Assembly (NCBI RefSeq): GCF_009914755.1
Contig: NC_060936.1
Strand: one strand, 5' to 3'
DNA length: 64,000 nucleotides
Source: the human T2T-CHM13v2.0 reference genome, Homo sapiens
Position numbers and translations under genes: made by a program. This document shows positions 41,840-54,538 of this stretch, one piece after another. Numbering within the stretch: position 1 is the stretch's first letter; each line of letters begins with the position of its first letter. The notes beneath the pieces were generated by a model. It was not told the DNA's origin and ran no database searches. It saw only the letters and a list, made by a program, of their open reading frames with translations.

Positions 41840-42183
41840 ATGGAATACTACTCAGCCATAAAAAGGAGCAAAATAATCGCATTTGCCACAACCTGGATGG
41901 AATTGGAGAATATTATTCTGTTAAGTGATGTAAGTCAGGAATGGAAAACCAAACATTGTATGTTCTCACACACAAGTGGGAGCTAAGCTATGAGGACTCA
42001 GAGGCATAAGAATGATACAATGGGCTTTGGGGACTTGGGGGAAAGGGTGGGAGGAGGGTGAGGGATAAAAGTACAGTGTACACTGCTCAGATGACAGGTG
42101 CACCAGACTCTTACAAATCACCACTTAAGAACTTGTTTATTTACAAAAATAAATAAATACATACATACATACATATTAAAAAA
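41686..42183 (+). mobile_element. L1PB1-type 3' end with internal (TA)n(CA)n
   Basis: ATGTTTATAGCAGCACAATTC...GGGAGCTAAGCTATGAGGAC...GGCATAAGAATGATACAATGG...CAAATCACCACT; (CA)n at about 41801-41838. Confidence 0.85.
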
Positions 42184-42237
42184 GGAAACAACTTGAAATA
42201 CCTGGAAGTAAATTAAACACAATAGTAAACTCTCCAA

Positions 42238-42722
42238 AAATTGATCCTCGCTATTTGCAGATTTCGTATTTGCAAATTTGCCTTCTTGCTAAAATTTATT
42301 TGGAAATCTCAAATCAATACTGCCAGCATTTGACCGGGCATCTGTTAACATAGAGCTCTGAAAATTTGCATGCACTGCTAGGATGCACACATTCCTAGCT
42401 GAGATTGAATAAGGTAATACTCTGTCTTCTGGTTTGGGCTCTTTGAAGAAAGGCTAGATCTGTCTCTGGGGGCATTTGGACAAGGTTTGAATCCCAGCTT
42501 TCGCACCTGATTCAACCTGACTGACTCTTTTAAAAAAATAATACAGAAGCAAGATGAATTGTTTTTAGTGTATAAGATTATAATCTAGGTGAGATATGTG
42601 ACACACACACACCCCATACACTCCAAATATTTCCTCTAGGAGTAATGATTCTGTATTCACTAATTCAGTGTTCACTGTGACTTTAGAAAACATGATGAAC
42701 ATGAATGATGATAATTGGCTCT
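42238..42722. mobile_element. TcMar-Tigger non-autonomous element (MER82/MER6 group)
   Basis: TTGATCCTCGCTATTTGCAGATTTCGTATTTGCAAATTTGCC...GCTAAAATTTATTTG at one end and CTAGGAGTAATG...TATTCACTAATTCAGTGTTCAC at the other. Confidence 0.7.
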
Positions 42723-45700
42723 ATTTGTCGGTTAAAACACTTCTAAATAATCCACCAATCAAAAAAGGAATTGCAAAAACATATTTAAATGTATTTTGAA
42801 CTAAACAAAAATGAAAACATCAAAATTCGTGGGATGCAGCTAAACTAATGCTTAGAGATAAATTTATTAAATCAAATATTTACGTAAGAAAAATAAGATA
42901 ATTTTCATATTAATGACTCAAACATCCACCTGAAAAAAACTAGAAAGAAAACAGCAAACTAAGTACAATGGAGACAAGGGAAATAATAAACATAAGGGGC
43001 AAAATTAATGACACAGAAAACAAAAATGATTAAAGGAAGTCAATAAAATAATATATTGGTTCTTTGAATAAATCAATATAACCAGTAAAATACTAGACAG
43101 ATTAGTGTAAAAAAAAAGAAAAGAAAAGAACAAGTTAATGTCAGGAAAAAAGAAGGAAGATTGCTACAGATCATGGAGACAGTAAGAGTATTAAAAGGAA
43201 ATATAATGACTTTATTATGTCAGTAATATTTACATTATCCACACTCCTTTAAAGTTATAAATTATCAAAACTCACTCAAGGAGGAACAGATAATGTGAAG
43301 AGCTGTATATCTATTACATTAAGTTTAACTGAATCTCTTTAACCCCTAAAAAGATAGAAAACAAAAGCAAAACTTTAAAAGCCCTGAAAAATCCAGGTCC
43401 AATTAGTTTCATTCATGAATTTTGTTAAATATTTAACACTATTTCTGTATTAACTCTTTCAGAAATGCACAATGAGGGAACATTTCCTATGTGATTTATG
43501 TAGCCAGCAATACCTGAAACCATAACTGGACACAGACATAATGTAAAATAAATCTACCGACCAATATTATTTGTGAATATAAACTAAAGAAAAGCTTAAC
43601 CAGATATTAATTAATCAAATCTAGTAATATAGGAAGGATAGTATATTATCTCCAAACATGTTGTCTTAGGAATGCAAGAGTATGTAGACATTTGAAATCA
43701 GTTAATTTAATTTCCTGTATGTATTAGGACTAAAGAGTAAAAATCATGATTATCACAACGCATGGAGCAAAAGCCTTTGATGTAGTACAATATCGATTCA
43801 GGGACAAAAGTGTTCAGCAAACTCAACACAGAGGAGAACTTAAAGTAGTAACAGTTCACTACCAAAAAATTATAATTAATAATTATGTAGCAAACATCTT
43901 AATTCATTATGAAAAAGTGAGTGCCTTTGCCCTACAACTTGGAACAAGAGAGGGATATTTGCTCCCACTACTTCCATTAAACATTGCCCTAGCCAATACA
44001 ACACGACAATAAAGGAAATAAAAGTTCTTCAGATTGAAAAGAAACAAAACTCTCTTTATTTGCAGAAAGGATGAAAATCTGCATAGAACATACCAAATTA
44101 CGAACAACAAGAAAAGCTACTAGCACTAAATAAGTGAGTGAGTTTAGCAATGTGGCAAGATACATGGTTAATATGCCTGGGCAAAAGATTTGAACAGACA
44201 TTCACCAGAAAAATACGGCAAATGATCACATTAAGATATGCTCTAATCATAGTCAATACGGTAACCTAAATTAGAATCATAGTGAGATACTACCAGATTC
44301 TTAACACAATGGTTCAAGTTTAAAATGTATAGTACTAACTATTGGTGATAATGTAATATAACTGAAACTGTTGTGAATGCTACTTTGAAAACCAGTTTTT
44401 CATTTCCTTATGTAAATAAACATGCTTTTTGCTATATAACCCACTACTTGAATTGCTAGTTATCAGTTAAGAGACAGGAAAACATGTACTGACAAGACTG
44501 TGAATGTGCATAGTAACATTATTAATAATATTTCAAATATAGGAATAATATCAACTTTAAGTTTGAATGGATACATGGGAATATATGGATGAGTAAAATA
44601 GAATAATCTACTCTGTAAGAGAAAGAATTATTGCTACCTGCAAACTCATGGTTAAATTTCAAAAGCATTTCATTATGTTAGAAAAACCAGACACAAAAAG
44701 CTAGGTACGATATTATTCTATTTATATGATATTATGAAAAAGATTTAACTATAGGGTCAAGTATCAAATCAGTCATGGCCATAGGCTATTGCCTGGGATG
44801 AGGGAAGTGATAATAAAGGGCATGAGGGGACTTTATTATGACAATAGAATTGTTTTGTATTTTCATTTTTATGATGGTTGTATGACTTCATACACTTGCC
44901 ATAAGTCATTGAGCAATACAGTTTTAAATACTGTTATTTTATCCAGTTTATACCTCAATAAGTCTGATTTTATTGTTTTGGGAAATGAAAAATTACACTC
45001 TATTTCTCCAAGACAAGAAAATAGACTGCACAAGACATATATTATCTAAAGATAGTCTCCCATTTTTATTAAGTAAATGACCTTACATTTATATTTTTTC
45101 TATAATTTATTTTCCTTTTAAGGTTTCTTTTATAAAACTTTATTTCTTTCTCACATTTATATTTCTTTCCAAATCGTTTGTGTAGGAACAAAGTTCTTGT
45201 CTGTCAATCAAAAAGAAATGGGTTAATTTATAAATTATACAGTTACTAAGATTTAGTCAAAAGTAATTTCTATGCAGTCACAAAAACTAAAATATTAGTT
45301 TAAGAATATGAAATTGAAAATATCATGATTCTTAATTGCATAAAATATTTTATACACACAAATACATCTTTTGTTCAGAAATAATTTACTATTATGTTAA
45401 AAGATTCATTACAGCAACATAAAGTACATTAAATTATACAAGAAAATTTAAACAAAAATGTAAAGATTTAGGGAATAAGGTTAGTATATCCTTAAATTCT
45501 AGTTTTTTATGTAGAGGCCAAAAACTTGCCTCCAAACTTTATAGCAAAGACAAAATTCACACTGTGCATGAGGTGAATATAAATCTGATGTTCTAGAAAA
45601 GCACAAATGATATAAATAGACAAGTGTTATTTGCTTTTGCCCCCATAAAGAATATATTCTGAGCAATACTTTAACCACATGTTAAGAATAAAAATAGATT

Positions 45701-47664
45701 GTTATATCCCTCAACAGAGATTAAGGTACTCACATCAAAGAACATTTTTAAAAAATAATTAGATGAAAAGGAGTGATTCAAAAACCTGATTCTCAGGTAG
45801 CCTATCTTAATCCAAGGGAAGTTTGATATCATGCAGAGAAATGAATAAATCTATACCCATTTGGTAATTTTTAATAAATAGATTTTATCTCTGAACGCTT
45901 TTTTTTTAACTACTAAATCTTCTGCCCCAAACCCTAGGGATAAAAAATGTTCTTTTTCCTTGTGAGGAGGCTTCTTTCTTCATCTTCCTTTGTCTTTAAA
46001 ATTGTAAGATCTAGAGGTCCAAAATGGGGTGAAGACCTACAGGAAATGGGTCAAAGAAGCCACTCAACTTGATTTTATTTTCTGCCAGGGATTGGAGATC
46101 CAAATTAGTCTCTGTGATTCACATACAGTCACCATTTCAGGCAACTAAATGGAGTTTGGGCCAAAGCTCAGCTTGTGATAAAGTTAATGCATTTGACAGG
46201 TGCAGATGCATCTGCCTTCCTCAGGGACATAAAAGGGTGCCTATTGGAAGCAGATGAGTTTTATTTTATTTTATATCCATTATTATTCTTCTAGCAGACA
46301 TGGCTGAACAAAATAATTTTATCTGCATTAAACTGTAGTTTAATTTCTGGCCAATACTTTGTTTTTCATGAAAACTAATAGCTAAGGTTCTCCCCTCTTT
46401 TACTAACAGTTTCACTCATGACTCTTCGACAGGGGTGGCATAGTTATTTTAGTGTTGCTAACATTCAAGGGTTTTTCTTAAAATGAAAGTGAGCTTTTAT
46501 AAAGCAATTAGCTCATTTCAAAATAAGCCAACTGAATTATTTGATTCTTTCTATCAGGACACTAAAGTGAAAGATTTGAACTCAAAGGTTTTACCCTGAG
46601 TGCATTTTGATCATTGCTATTTCCTGAACAATATTCTAAAGCAATACTCATTTCAGTGAGGATATCATGTAACTAAGTCCAGAGAAGATAACTTTCTTTC
46701 AGAGCCATCTACCTCAAAATTACATCATCATAACTGCACTCCAAATGGACCTACTCGTCTTTGAAATGTTTTAAAAATAAAGTTTTCCAACACCAGTTCT
46801 AATTTTACATAGAAGTCTTTTAAAATAGGGTGAAAAACATGCTACATATTATTTACAGTGAAAAAAGGAGGTGACATAAAAACTAAATAAATTGCACATT
46901 TCTTTGTGGTCTAACATTTATCCATGTACCATCTTAACTCCGAGCAGGCAAATTTACTTTTCCCCTCCACTTTAACCTCCAGGCCAAGAACGTCAAATTG
47001 AATTAACTTACTATTCAGTAAGATTGTTTATGAAACCGAGCAATTATGGTAAGTTAGTTCATCCTTATTCTTCTCAGTTCTGCATATATAACACTGATTA
47101 AGTTAAAACTCCAATTTACATATTACAATCAGTGGTTGACTAAACTGTCATATTTTTCAATTTTGAGGTAACAGTAATTAAGAGAAATGAAAAATTCATC
47201 TAAGAGGTGAGCCTAGAAAAGCCTTTATGCAGAAAAATTACATATAATTGTACTCTTCTTAGGAGTAGTGGAGTTGTTGCAGTAATGACAAGAATGGTTG
47301 TGCTTTACTCATGATGGATTTGAAAGGGTTTGAAGTACACCACTGGTGAATACTTTCAATCAGTAAATCTTATACAACAAAATACAAATTAGCTATCTAC
47401 ATTTTAATCTTGATAGTTGCTCCTACCTCTAAAACAACCTCCCCCAAAATAAAAAATATTGTAGTTCTGATTATAAATTTAATACATCTGATGCAATAGT
47501 ATCCTTTGGAATACATCTGTAACAATTTTCTGAACAAGTTTCTCCCTGTTTTGAGTCACAACCTTTTTCCAGCTTTTAATATATTTTTCTTATCAAACAA
47601 TTACCTATGTTTTGCTATTAAAAACATTGCTCACAAGATATAATATATAATTTACCTTAAATTG

Positions 47665-47950
47665 GAAATGTTTTATGTTCTATGCACCATGGCACATACT
47701 GGGGACTTAGGAATAAGGCATGGTCTCTGTACTAGGAGAACTTGTCATTCAGTAAGAGAGTCAGAGACATAAATAAACACCGACAGTTAAGCATGATAAA
47801 TGCAAAGCAGGAAAAGCATACAGATATTGCACAGAGAGTGAGTGATTATTACAACTTAAGGGAGTCAGGGAAGACTTCTCAAAGAAAGTGATGTGTGATT
47901 TGGGACTTAAGAATGAATAAAATATTCATCAGGTGGATAAAAAGGCATTT
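47665..47950 (-). mobile_element. L2 fragment
   Basis: GCATGGTCTCTG...GGGAGTCAGGGAAGACTTCTCAAAGAAAGTGATG...GGACTTAAGAATGAATA. Confidence 0.6.
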
Positions 47951-48118
47951 TAAATAATGGAACTTAGATATCCAAAGAAATAAAAATAGGAATGTATTAT
48001 TCTTTTATAAACAAAATTCAACCACTTTTCATAACAGAACCCATGCTAATGTCACTAGTGAGATATTCACACCCTCATTCAGGTTTATTTTATCACTATT
48101 CAAAACTCCCCTATCAGC

Positions 48119-48515
48119 TGTGTTTTATGGTACTTCTCAGGTATTAAGCACTCAGATTCTCCTTCGGGTTACATGGTAGGATTGTACTTTCTCTCCTAAT
48201 TTAATGGTAGTTCTGAAGAAGTGACTTTATTCGATCAATGCAATATGGGTGGAAGTAGTGTCTGCTATATTAGGTAAATGCTTTAAGATCTGATGTATTA
48301 TTTGACACATTTTATTCCATCTGTCATGGTGACCACGAATACTCACATTGAGAATGAGCCTTTATGAGCCTGCATTCTTGAGTGACAATAAGCAGATTCC
48401 AACCTGCTCCTTGATGGACATTTAATGTAAAGGAATAATAAATATTTAGTCTCATGTATCAATAAGATATTGAGTTGTTTGCTACCATAGCATAGTCCAG
48501 CCCATCCTGACTGCT
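48119..48515 (+). mobile_element. MaLR LTR (MLT1I/J-like)
   Basis: CATGGTAGGATTGTACTT...TGAGCCTG...GTTGTTTGCTACCATAGCATAGTCCAGCCCATCCTGACT terminus. Confidence 0.6.
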
Positions 48516-49139
48516 GATGGTTTTAAACATTTGAATATTAATCCTTTGGTATCAAAATGGAGTGGTTAAATGAGAGAGACGTTGCCTCTATACATAAAAT
48601 GTATATTATTGTATAGTATATCTAAGTATTATAGTGATTTTCCTTAGAACCAGCACTGCACAGCTTATACACATATTCCTGCACATACATAGCCATAATT
48701 ATTCCCCCAGCTTTAAAGTGTTCTCCTAACACTCTAAACTTTGTTCTCATAGCATTTATCAACTTACAATTGTGAAATTACTGCTGTGATTATTTCATTA
48801 CTGTTGCCGCCTCCATATATTGTAATTTCCTAGTAGATAGTGCCATCTCCATACACCGCAGTGAAGAGCAAAGACATTGAATCAGAGTGAATATTTAATA
48901 AGTAAGTGAAGGTTAAAAATTAAATGAACTGATATGTGAGCATATAAATGTATGGTAAATTGAGAGCACTAAATGCATATTTATTAATTTGACTACCCCT
49001 TAAAGGCTTAGATAAGGAGAAAAGATAACTAGTACAAGTTGTTGTAAGTAGGTTTTACTAACCAGGATTTAAAATAATAAACAAAATCTAAAATCATTGA
49101 CCTAAGAGCTAAGGGATTATTTACAATGATTTAATGCTT

Positions 49140-49460
49140 TTTCGGTTTTTTTTGCATTTTATAGCTTAGAAAACTGAAATCTAGACAGACTTGTGATTTA
49201 CCAGTAGTGACACAGTGGGTCAATGGCATTGCTTTCAATTTCGTGATAATAATGATGCTTTTCCTTCTTAGAATGATGTTTCCACAAATTAATAAAGACT
49301 CAAAATGAATAGCTGCCATTTGACAGCTGCATCATCTTGAAAAAATATTTCAACCTTTGGGACTTTGGTGTTCTCATCTCTAAAAAATGAATATCAATAT
49401 TATCTACCACAATGGTTTGTTATGAGGACTAAAAAAGTTAATGCATGCTTAATACATAAG
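49140..49460. mobile_element. Two MIR core fragments in opposite orientation (49140-49232 minus, 49305-49460 plus)
   Basis: CATTTTATAGCTTAGAAAACTGAAATCTAGA and TTCTCATCTCTAAAAAATGAATA...GGTTTGTTATGAGGACTAAA. Confidence 0.55.
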
Positions 49461-51971
49461 AAGAATTTCTGCATACTATATATGTATGTATATGTATATG
49501 TACATATCTATACACAAACTATAACTTTTCACACATACGTTTGGTATGATGATGATGGTGATAAATACATATGTCACAAATTGTGGAATCTTTAAAAGTT
49601 TCAGAACTTTAATCTTTCTTAATGTATACTTTAAGTCTTTGAAAATAGCCATGAAATTAGATAAAATTTCTAAGACTAAGGAATTTTATGATACAGGATG
49701 AGAAAATTACAAGCATGTTTAAAAGGACATGAAGATCAACAATTTGTCAAAATAGTAAGCCAGATAACTACTAAGTTTAGAAAGAAAGTATATTAATAAA
49801 ATTTAAATGCTAAAAAACAAATATTAGGCTTCATAACCAATGTAATTAAACATTTTTAGAAAAGGTTAACTAAAATATCCAGTTATACAGAGATCAACTG
49901 TTTTAACTATTTTGTTTGTTATGTGGACTTCAATCTCAAGGTTTCCAAGGGGCTTGCCTAAGGTTGCATAGTGTCTGAGGGGTGATAATTCTGAATCTGC
50001 ACTCCCCCATCCTTGGTCTAATTACAAGAGATTTATATTAGTATGTATTTTACAGTATTTGTAATACAGGCTTATTAATTCAGACTTCCACCAGAAAATG
50101 AATGTGTGGTATTCTTGCAGATGATCATCTACCCCCACTAGGTCAGATTTTTCCCATTTATTTTAGAGTCCATTTTTATTCCATACATTCACCTTTCTCA
50201 GACCATTGTTTATGCCACAATCAATCTAGGTTATAATTAAAATCTATCATAAGATTCTAAAAAAACTTTAAGGTTACTGTTAGAAAGGTTGCAGATAACT
50301 TGAAAAAATGTAGATACTAAAGATGGTTTATGCCCCAGTGAGATAAATTATTGCATCCATGCAGATGAGTGACTATGCATGTTAATATCTAACCCACCTA
50401 GGCAGAACAAAGTTGGTTAAAGTAGAATCCTGTAAAGGAAACTACTTTCTGCTAATTCTATATAAAAATAAACATTGAGAGCCTTTTAAGTCAGGACTTT
50501 ATGAAAGTTTGTAAAGGAATTGTTGAGAATTATTGAATACATATGCTTCAATAAGAGCATTGTGTATAATATATATGTATATGTACACACATGAACACAC
50601 ATGAATATATACTTTATGTATATATTAGGTATCTCTATGCATATGTACCACATATATATGCTATGCAACTTTCTATTTTTGTATGCAAGTATGTGTATAT
50701 ATGTGTATGTATATCCTATTGTAGTTAATTTTGGCATACTACATAAAACTATAGTGTTGAAATTGCGAAAAGATAGAATTCTAATATGTAAATGTAATAT
50801 TCTTTATAAAGAAGGCACTAGTAAAACAAAGAAAGCTTACAAAAATAAACCAACCCTTAACATTGTCTTAAAGTATAGTCTCTGTTCTTAGTACTTTCTG
50901 TTTCCTTGTAGTCCCTTATGATTATTCTTGCAAGCCTGTTTTTTACCATAGGATTCTTAGAAATCATAATCCTTGTATAAGGAAAATTATTTCTTTTGCA
51001 GAAAATTTTAAGCCTTTGTACATGACCTTAACTTTCACTTGAAACAGACATTTTTCAACATTTTGACTGAAGAATCTTTATGTCTCGCTAAACAGTATTG
51101 CACAAGGATTCTCAAATCCAACTACTGCTTGCATACTAGTTCTGAAGAGTCCCTAGGGTCTCAAAAATTTAAGACAATGTATGGCCAATGTTCTTAAAAC
51201 TAGACCCTTGTGATAACCACAAATTAGAGGTGGGATGTCAGCATTCATTTTTCACACCTGAAGGTATTGAACCAAGCAGTGTTATCTTTGTGTAATTTGA
51301 TATTGTCTCTTTCCCAGCTAACTTTTGGAGTGAAATGTTCAATGCTTGAGAAAATATAAAAGCTGTTTTCAATTTAAAAGTTTCTAATTATCAGAATTTT
51401 TGTTTAAAAATATATTCACTATGGTTTGACTTAAGAACCTTGATTGGAATTAATATTTACAGGTAACAGCATTTTTAACATCTGTATCTTTAAACACAGC
51501 ATTTTAGTTTTCCAAAAATAACATGTAATAAAATAAAGTTAGAATGCCCATTACATGTTTTAAAATTGGCATAATTCAAGATTAATGCATCCAAAGGGGA
51601 AGATAAACTTAGGGCAATGCATTTTTGGAGATTATAAATCTATAATGAATACAGTTGACTGTATTCTATAATACTGTTCTTTAATTTTTCATCATCATTA
51701 GTAGTATATTATTGAAAGGCCCTTTGTAAATAATCTATATACCTTATTGTAGTTATGAGGTTTTTGAATAAGTAATGTTCAAATATTTTTTGCCTTTTAG
51801 GTGCATTTTTTTTTTCCTTTACCTCTAGCGGCATTGACACCATCATCACATAATGAGTGCTTGGATAACATTCATTTGCCTCTGTCTTGGTTCCCTTGTT
51901 TTTCTGTCCTATTTTTTGTATACTAATAATAGAATCTGCTGAAATAATGAGGTGACAGCTCCTTTGAAAAG

Positions 51972-51972
<1 letters not shown>

Positions 51973-52041
<69 letters not shown>
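51973..52041. repeat. Compound (TA)n(TG)n(TA)n microsatellite
   Basis: Uninterrupted alternating purine-pyrimidine tract of about 69 bp. Confidence 0.95.
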
Positions 52042-52043
<2 letters not shown>

Positions 52044-52046
52044 CAG

Positions 52047-52211
52047 TGTTCCCTTATTCCATTTTATGCTGCTATAACAACATATCAAAAGGTGGGAAAT
52101 TCATAAAGAACATAAATGTATTCTCTCACAGTTTTGGAAGCTTAGAGTTTCAAAATAAAGGCTATTGCACATTTGTTGTCTGGTGAGGGCTGTTCACTAA
52201 TTCCAAGATGG
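52047..52211 (-). mobile_element. MST/MLT1A-type MaLR LTR, 3' part only
   Basis: CCATTTTATGCTGCTATAACA...CTCACAGTTTTGGAAGCT...TGTCTGGTGAGGGCTG...TTCCAAGATGG. Confidence 0.75.
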
Positions 52212-52351
52212 TGTATTCGTCCATTTTCACACTGCTGATAAAGACCTAATCGAGACTGGGCAATTTACAAAAGAAAGAGGTTTAATGGACTTATAGTTCC
52301 ATGTGGCTGGGGGACCTCACAATCATGGCAGAAGACAACGAGAAACAAGTC
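52212..52351 (-). mobile_element. THE1 LTR, 3' 140 bp only
   Basis: TGTATTCGTCCATTTTCACACTGCTGATAAAGAC...GAAACAAGTC; aligns to 54539-54681 and stops abruptly. Confidence 0.9.
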
Positions 52352-53519
52352 TATAGAAAGCTTCTATTGACTTGAACCCCATTAAATAATTTTAATGGCA
52401 CAAAGGTGTCATTCGCCCCTTTTGAGGTGTTCTGTTTTCTTGTGGAGTTTCAAGAGTCATAGGCAAATTCTTCTTAGGTGTAAAGCTCTGTTTTCCTGTT
52501 TTGCATTACCTGACCTTTTTGGCTGTGGAGGTACCAGAGATTACCTTGTACTGTGAGAGGATTTGACCTTGGCATGTGTAATGGCAGACAAGAGCTACAA
52601 AGTAGGGGTGACTGAGCACAGTTTACAAGAAGTAGTCTTGGCTGTTTTATTATTATTATTAGTATTCCTCTCCTAAGAAGTTGTTTAAGGATCCTAATTC
52701 TAATTCAGAGATGCATTCTAAGGGGTATTCAGTATTGCTTTTTCTCTCAAAATTAATCTCAATTTGGGTTGTCTGTGAACATTTGCATGAGGAACTGAAT
52801 GAACTGTTGTTTTCATAGGTAAAAGACTGAGTTTTCTCAGCTCCAGAGAGAAAGGACATTTGCTCCTCCCAGCTGAAAGGTGCCCCTGAGTGACTGGGGG
52901 CCTCATGGGAGTGTCTGCAAGGTTGATCCCCCACAACGAGCAGTGGCCCCACAGGGAAATTTCCAACAAAAATTATTTTTTAAAAAAGGCTCATCCCGGA
53001 AATGCATAGAAGGGCTGATCACCCAGCGTTTTGGGCCCTCTCAGAGGTCATAGACCTTTGAAGAGATAAACTGAGACACGTAAGAGGACAGATGATACAA
53101 CACAGTGGTGACACACTGTGGAGTCTTGCTCACAAGCAGCACGCATCAATCCACCACATAAAAACCCTAGGCAACAGCTCAGTTTCTCCTTTTAAGAAAA
53201 AAAGTGGGAAACAAGTAATATTGGTATAAGGAGAAAACAAGGAGAATTACCTTTTCAAGGACCTGTTAGATTTTACAACACCTCTACTCACCAGAGTTTA
53301 TGTAAAATGGAAGTAATGTGGTCTTTATGCACATTTACATCAAGGAAAAAGAGCCCTAAGGTCGACCTGCAAACTATAGCGTTTCTAAGTTTTCTTTTTC
53401 TCTATTGTTCTTTTCTGCCTGCTTTAAATCCGCTGTTTGGATCCAACAGGTTCTTTTTACAAGCCAGTGAATTTGTATATATCTCATGGTTAAAGTTCTG
53501 AAATAAAAGCTATAGGATC

Positions 53520-53521
<2 letters not shown>

Positions 53522-53567
<46 letters not shown>

Positions 53568-53570
53568 TAT
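53522..53570. repeat. (TG)21 microsatellite followed by CGCG
   Basis: Long perfect TG run. Confidence 0.95.
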
Positions 53571-54538
53571 TTAAAAGGCCTTTATAATTTCTATAATTTA
53601 ATGTTTAATTGGCAATTAAATCCATTTTAATTCCTTTCTAGCACACTAGACATTTTTTCTCTGTACCTTATGATGTAAATTTTGCTATTTGATTTTCACC
53701 TAAGTTGTTTCCTTTAATATGCAAATTTAAGTCTATTTAGCTGACAATTGCGTAGGGTAGTAAAACAGGTTATCAAAAATTTGAAAGTGTAAGGTAGGAA
53801 AAAAAGGTTTTTATGAATCTATAAGATATATTTTTATCATCATACCTAATATGTCTGTGTATCTATGTGTTGTGTACAGAATGTTTCACTACTGAAAATA
53901 TATAAAAGAGCTCCAACTAATTGGCTTAAGAAAATAAAAGTACTTGAATCAAATACTTCATCAGGAAGAAGGAAAAGACTAATCAAATGCTCTTTCAAGT
54001 TTATGTAAATTAAGTAAAATCTTTAATAAGCTAGCTTTAAAATTATTGGTTAACTAATATTAGAAATGTCTTAAAACTGCCAGCATTCATTTTAGTTTCC
54101 ATTTATTAATCAAGCAATTTCATACTTGTCCCTGCCAAATACTATAAGGTATCAAAATGTGGCATAGGGGTTACAAAACCATAAACCCATCCCAAAACAG
54201 AATGATCTTTGCTTATGTAATCTTTAATAAATAAGACATTGATATTGGTTTAATAAAAATGCTACATCTTGAATTTAATAAGGTTACCATAACTTCCAAC
54301 CTTGTGGCTTTAGATAGTCTAGTCCACAGGCTATAAGATTTGTTTTGGAAAGGGACTCTTATCATCTTTGATTTAAAGGTAAACTATAAACTAAGTTCCT
54401 CCCAATTAGCTCAGAATATGCCCAGGAATGAACAAGGACGGCTTGGAGGTTAGAAGAGAGATGAAATCATTTAGGTCAGATCTTTTTCACTGTCTGTTAT
54501 AATTTTGCCACGATGGTTCTATAACTTTAAACTACAAC

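Larger units (their letters stand above)
41190..44975 (+). mobile_element. Fragmented old L1M (ORF2 and 3' UTR) interrupted by L1PB1 and a Tigger-type MITE, with an internal deletion near 44177
   Basis: Sense ORF2 remnants (KAFD; LGTREGYLLPLLPLNIAL in ORF 43746-44012; CTCTTTATTTGCAGA), then a jump to TGGGCAAAAGATTTGAACAGACA; ends TATACCTCAATAAG. Confidence 0.75.

Noticed and set aside
51780-51804. Splice-acceptor-like TTTTTTGCCTTTTAG/G (also about 9700-9718)
   Set aside because: No linked promoter, donor or ORF; such motifs are common in T-rich DNA.
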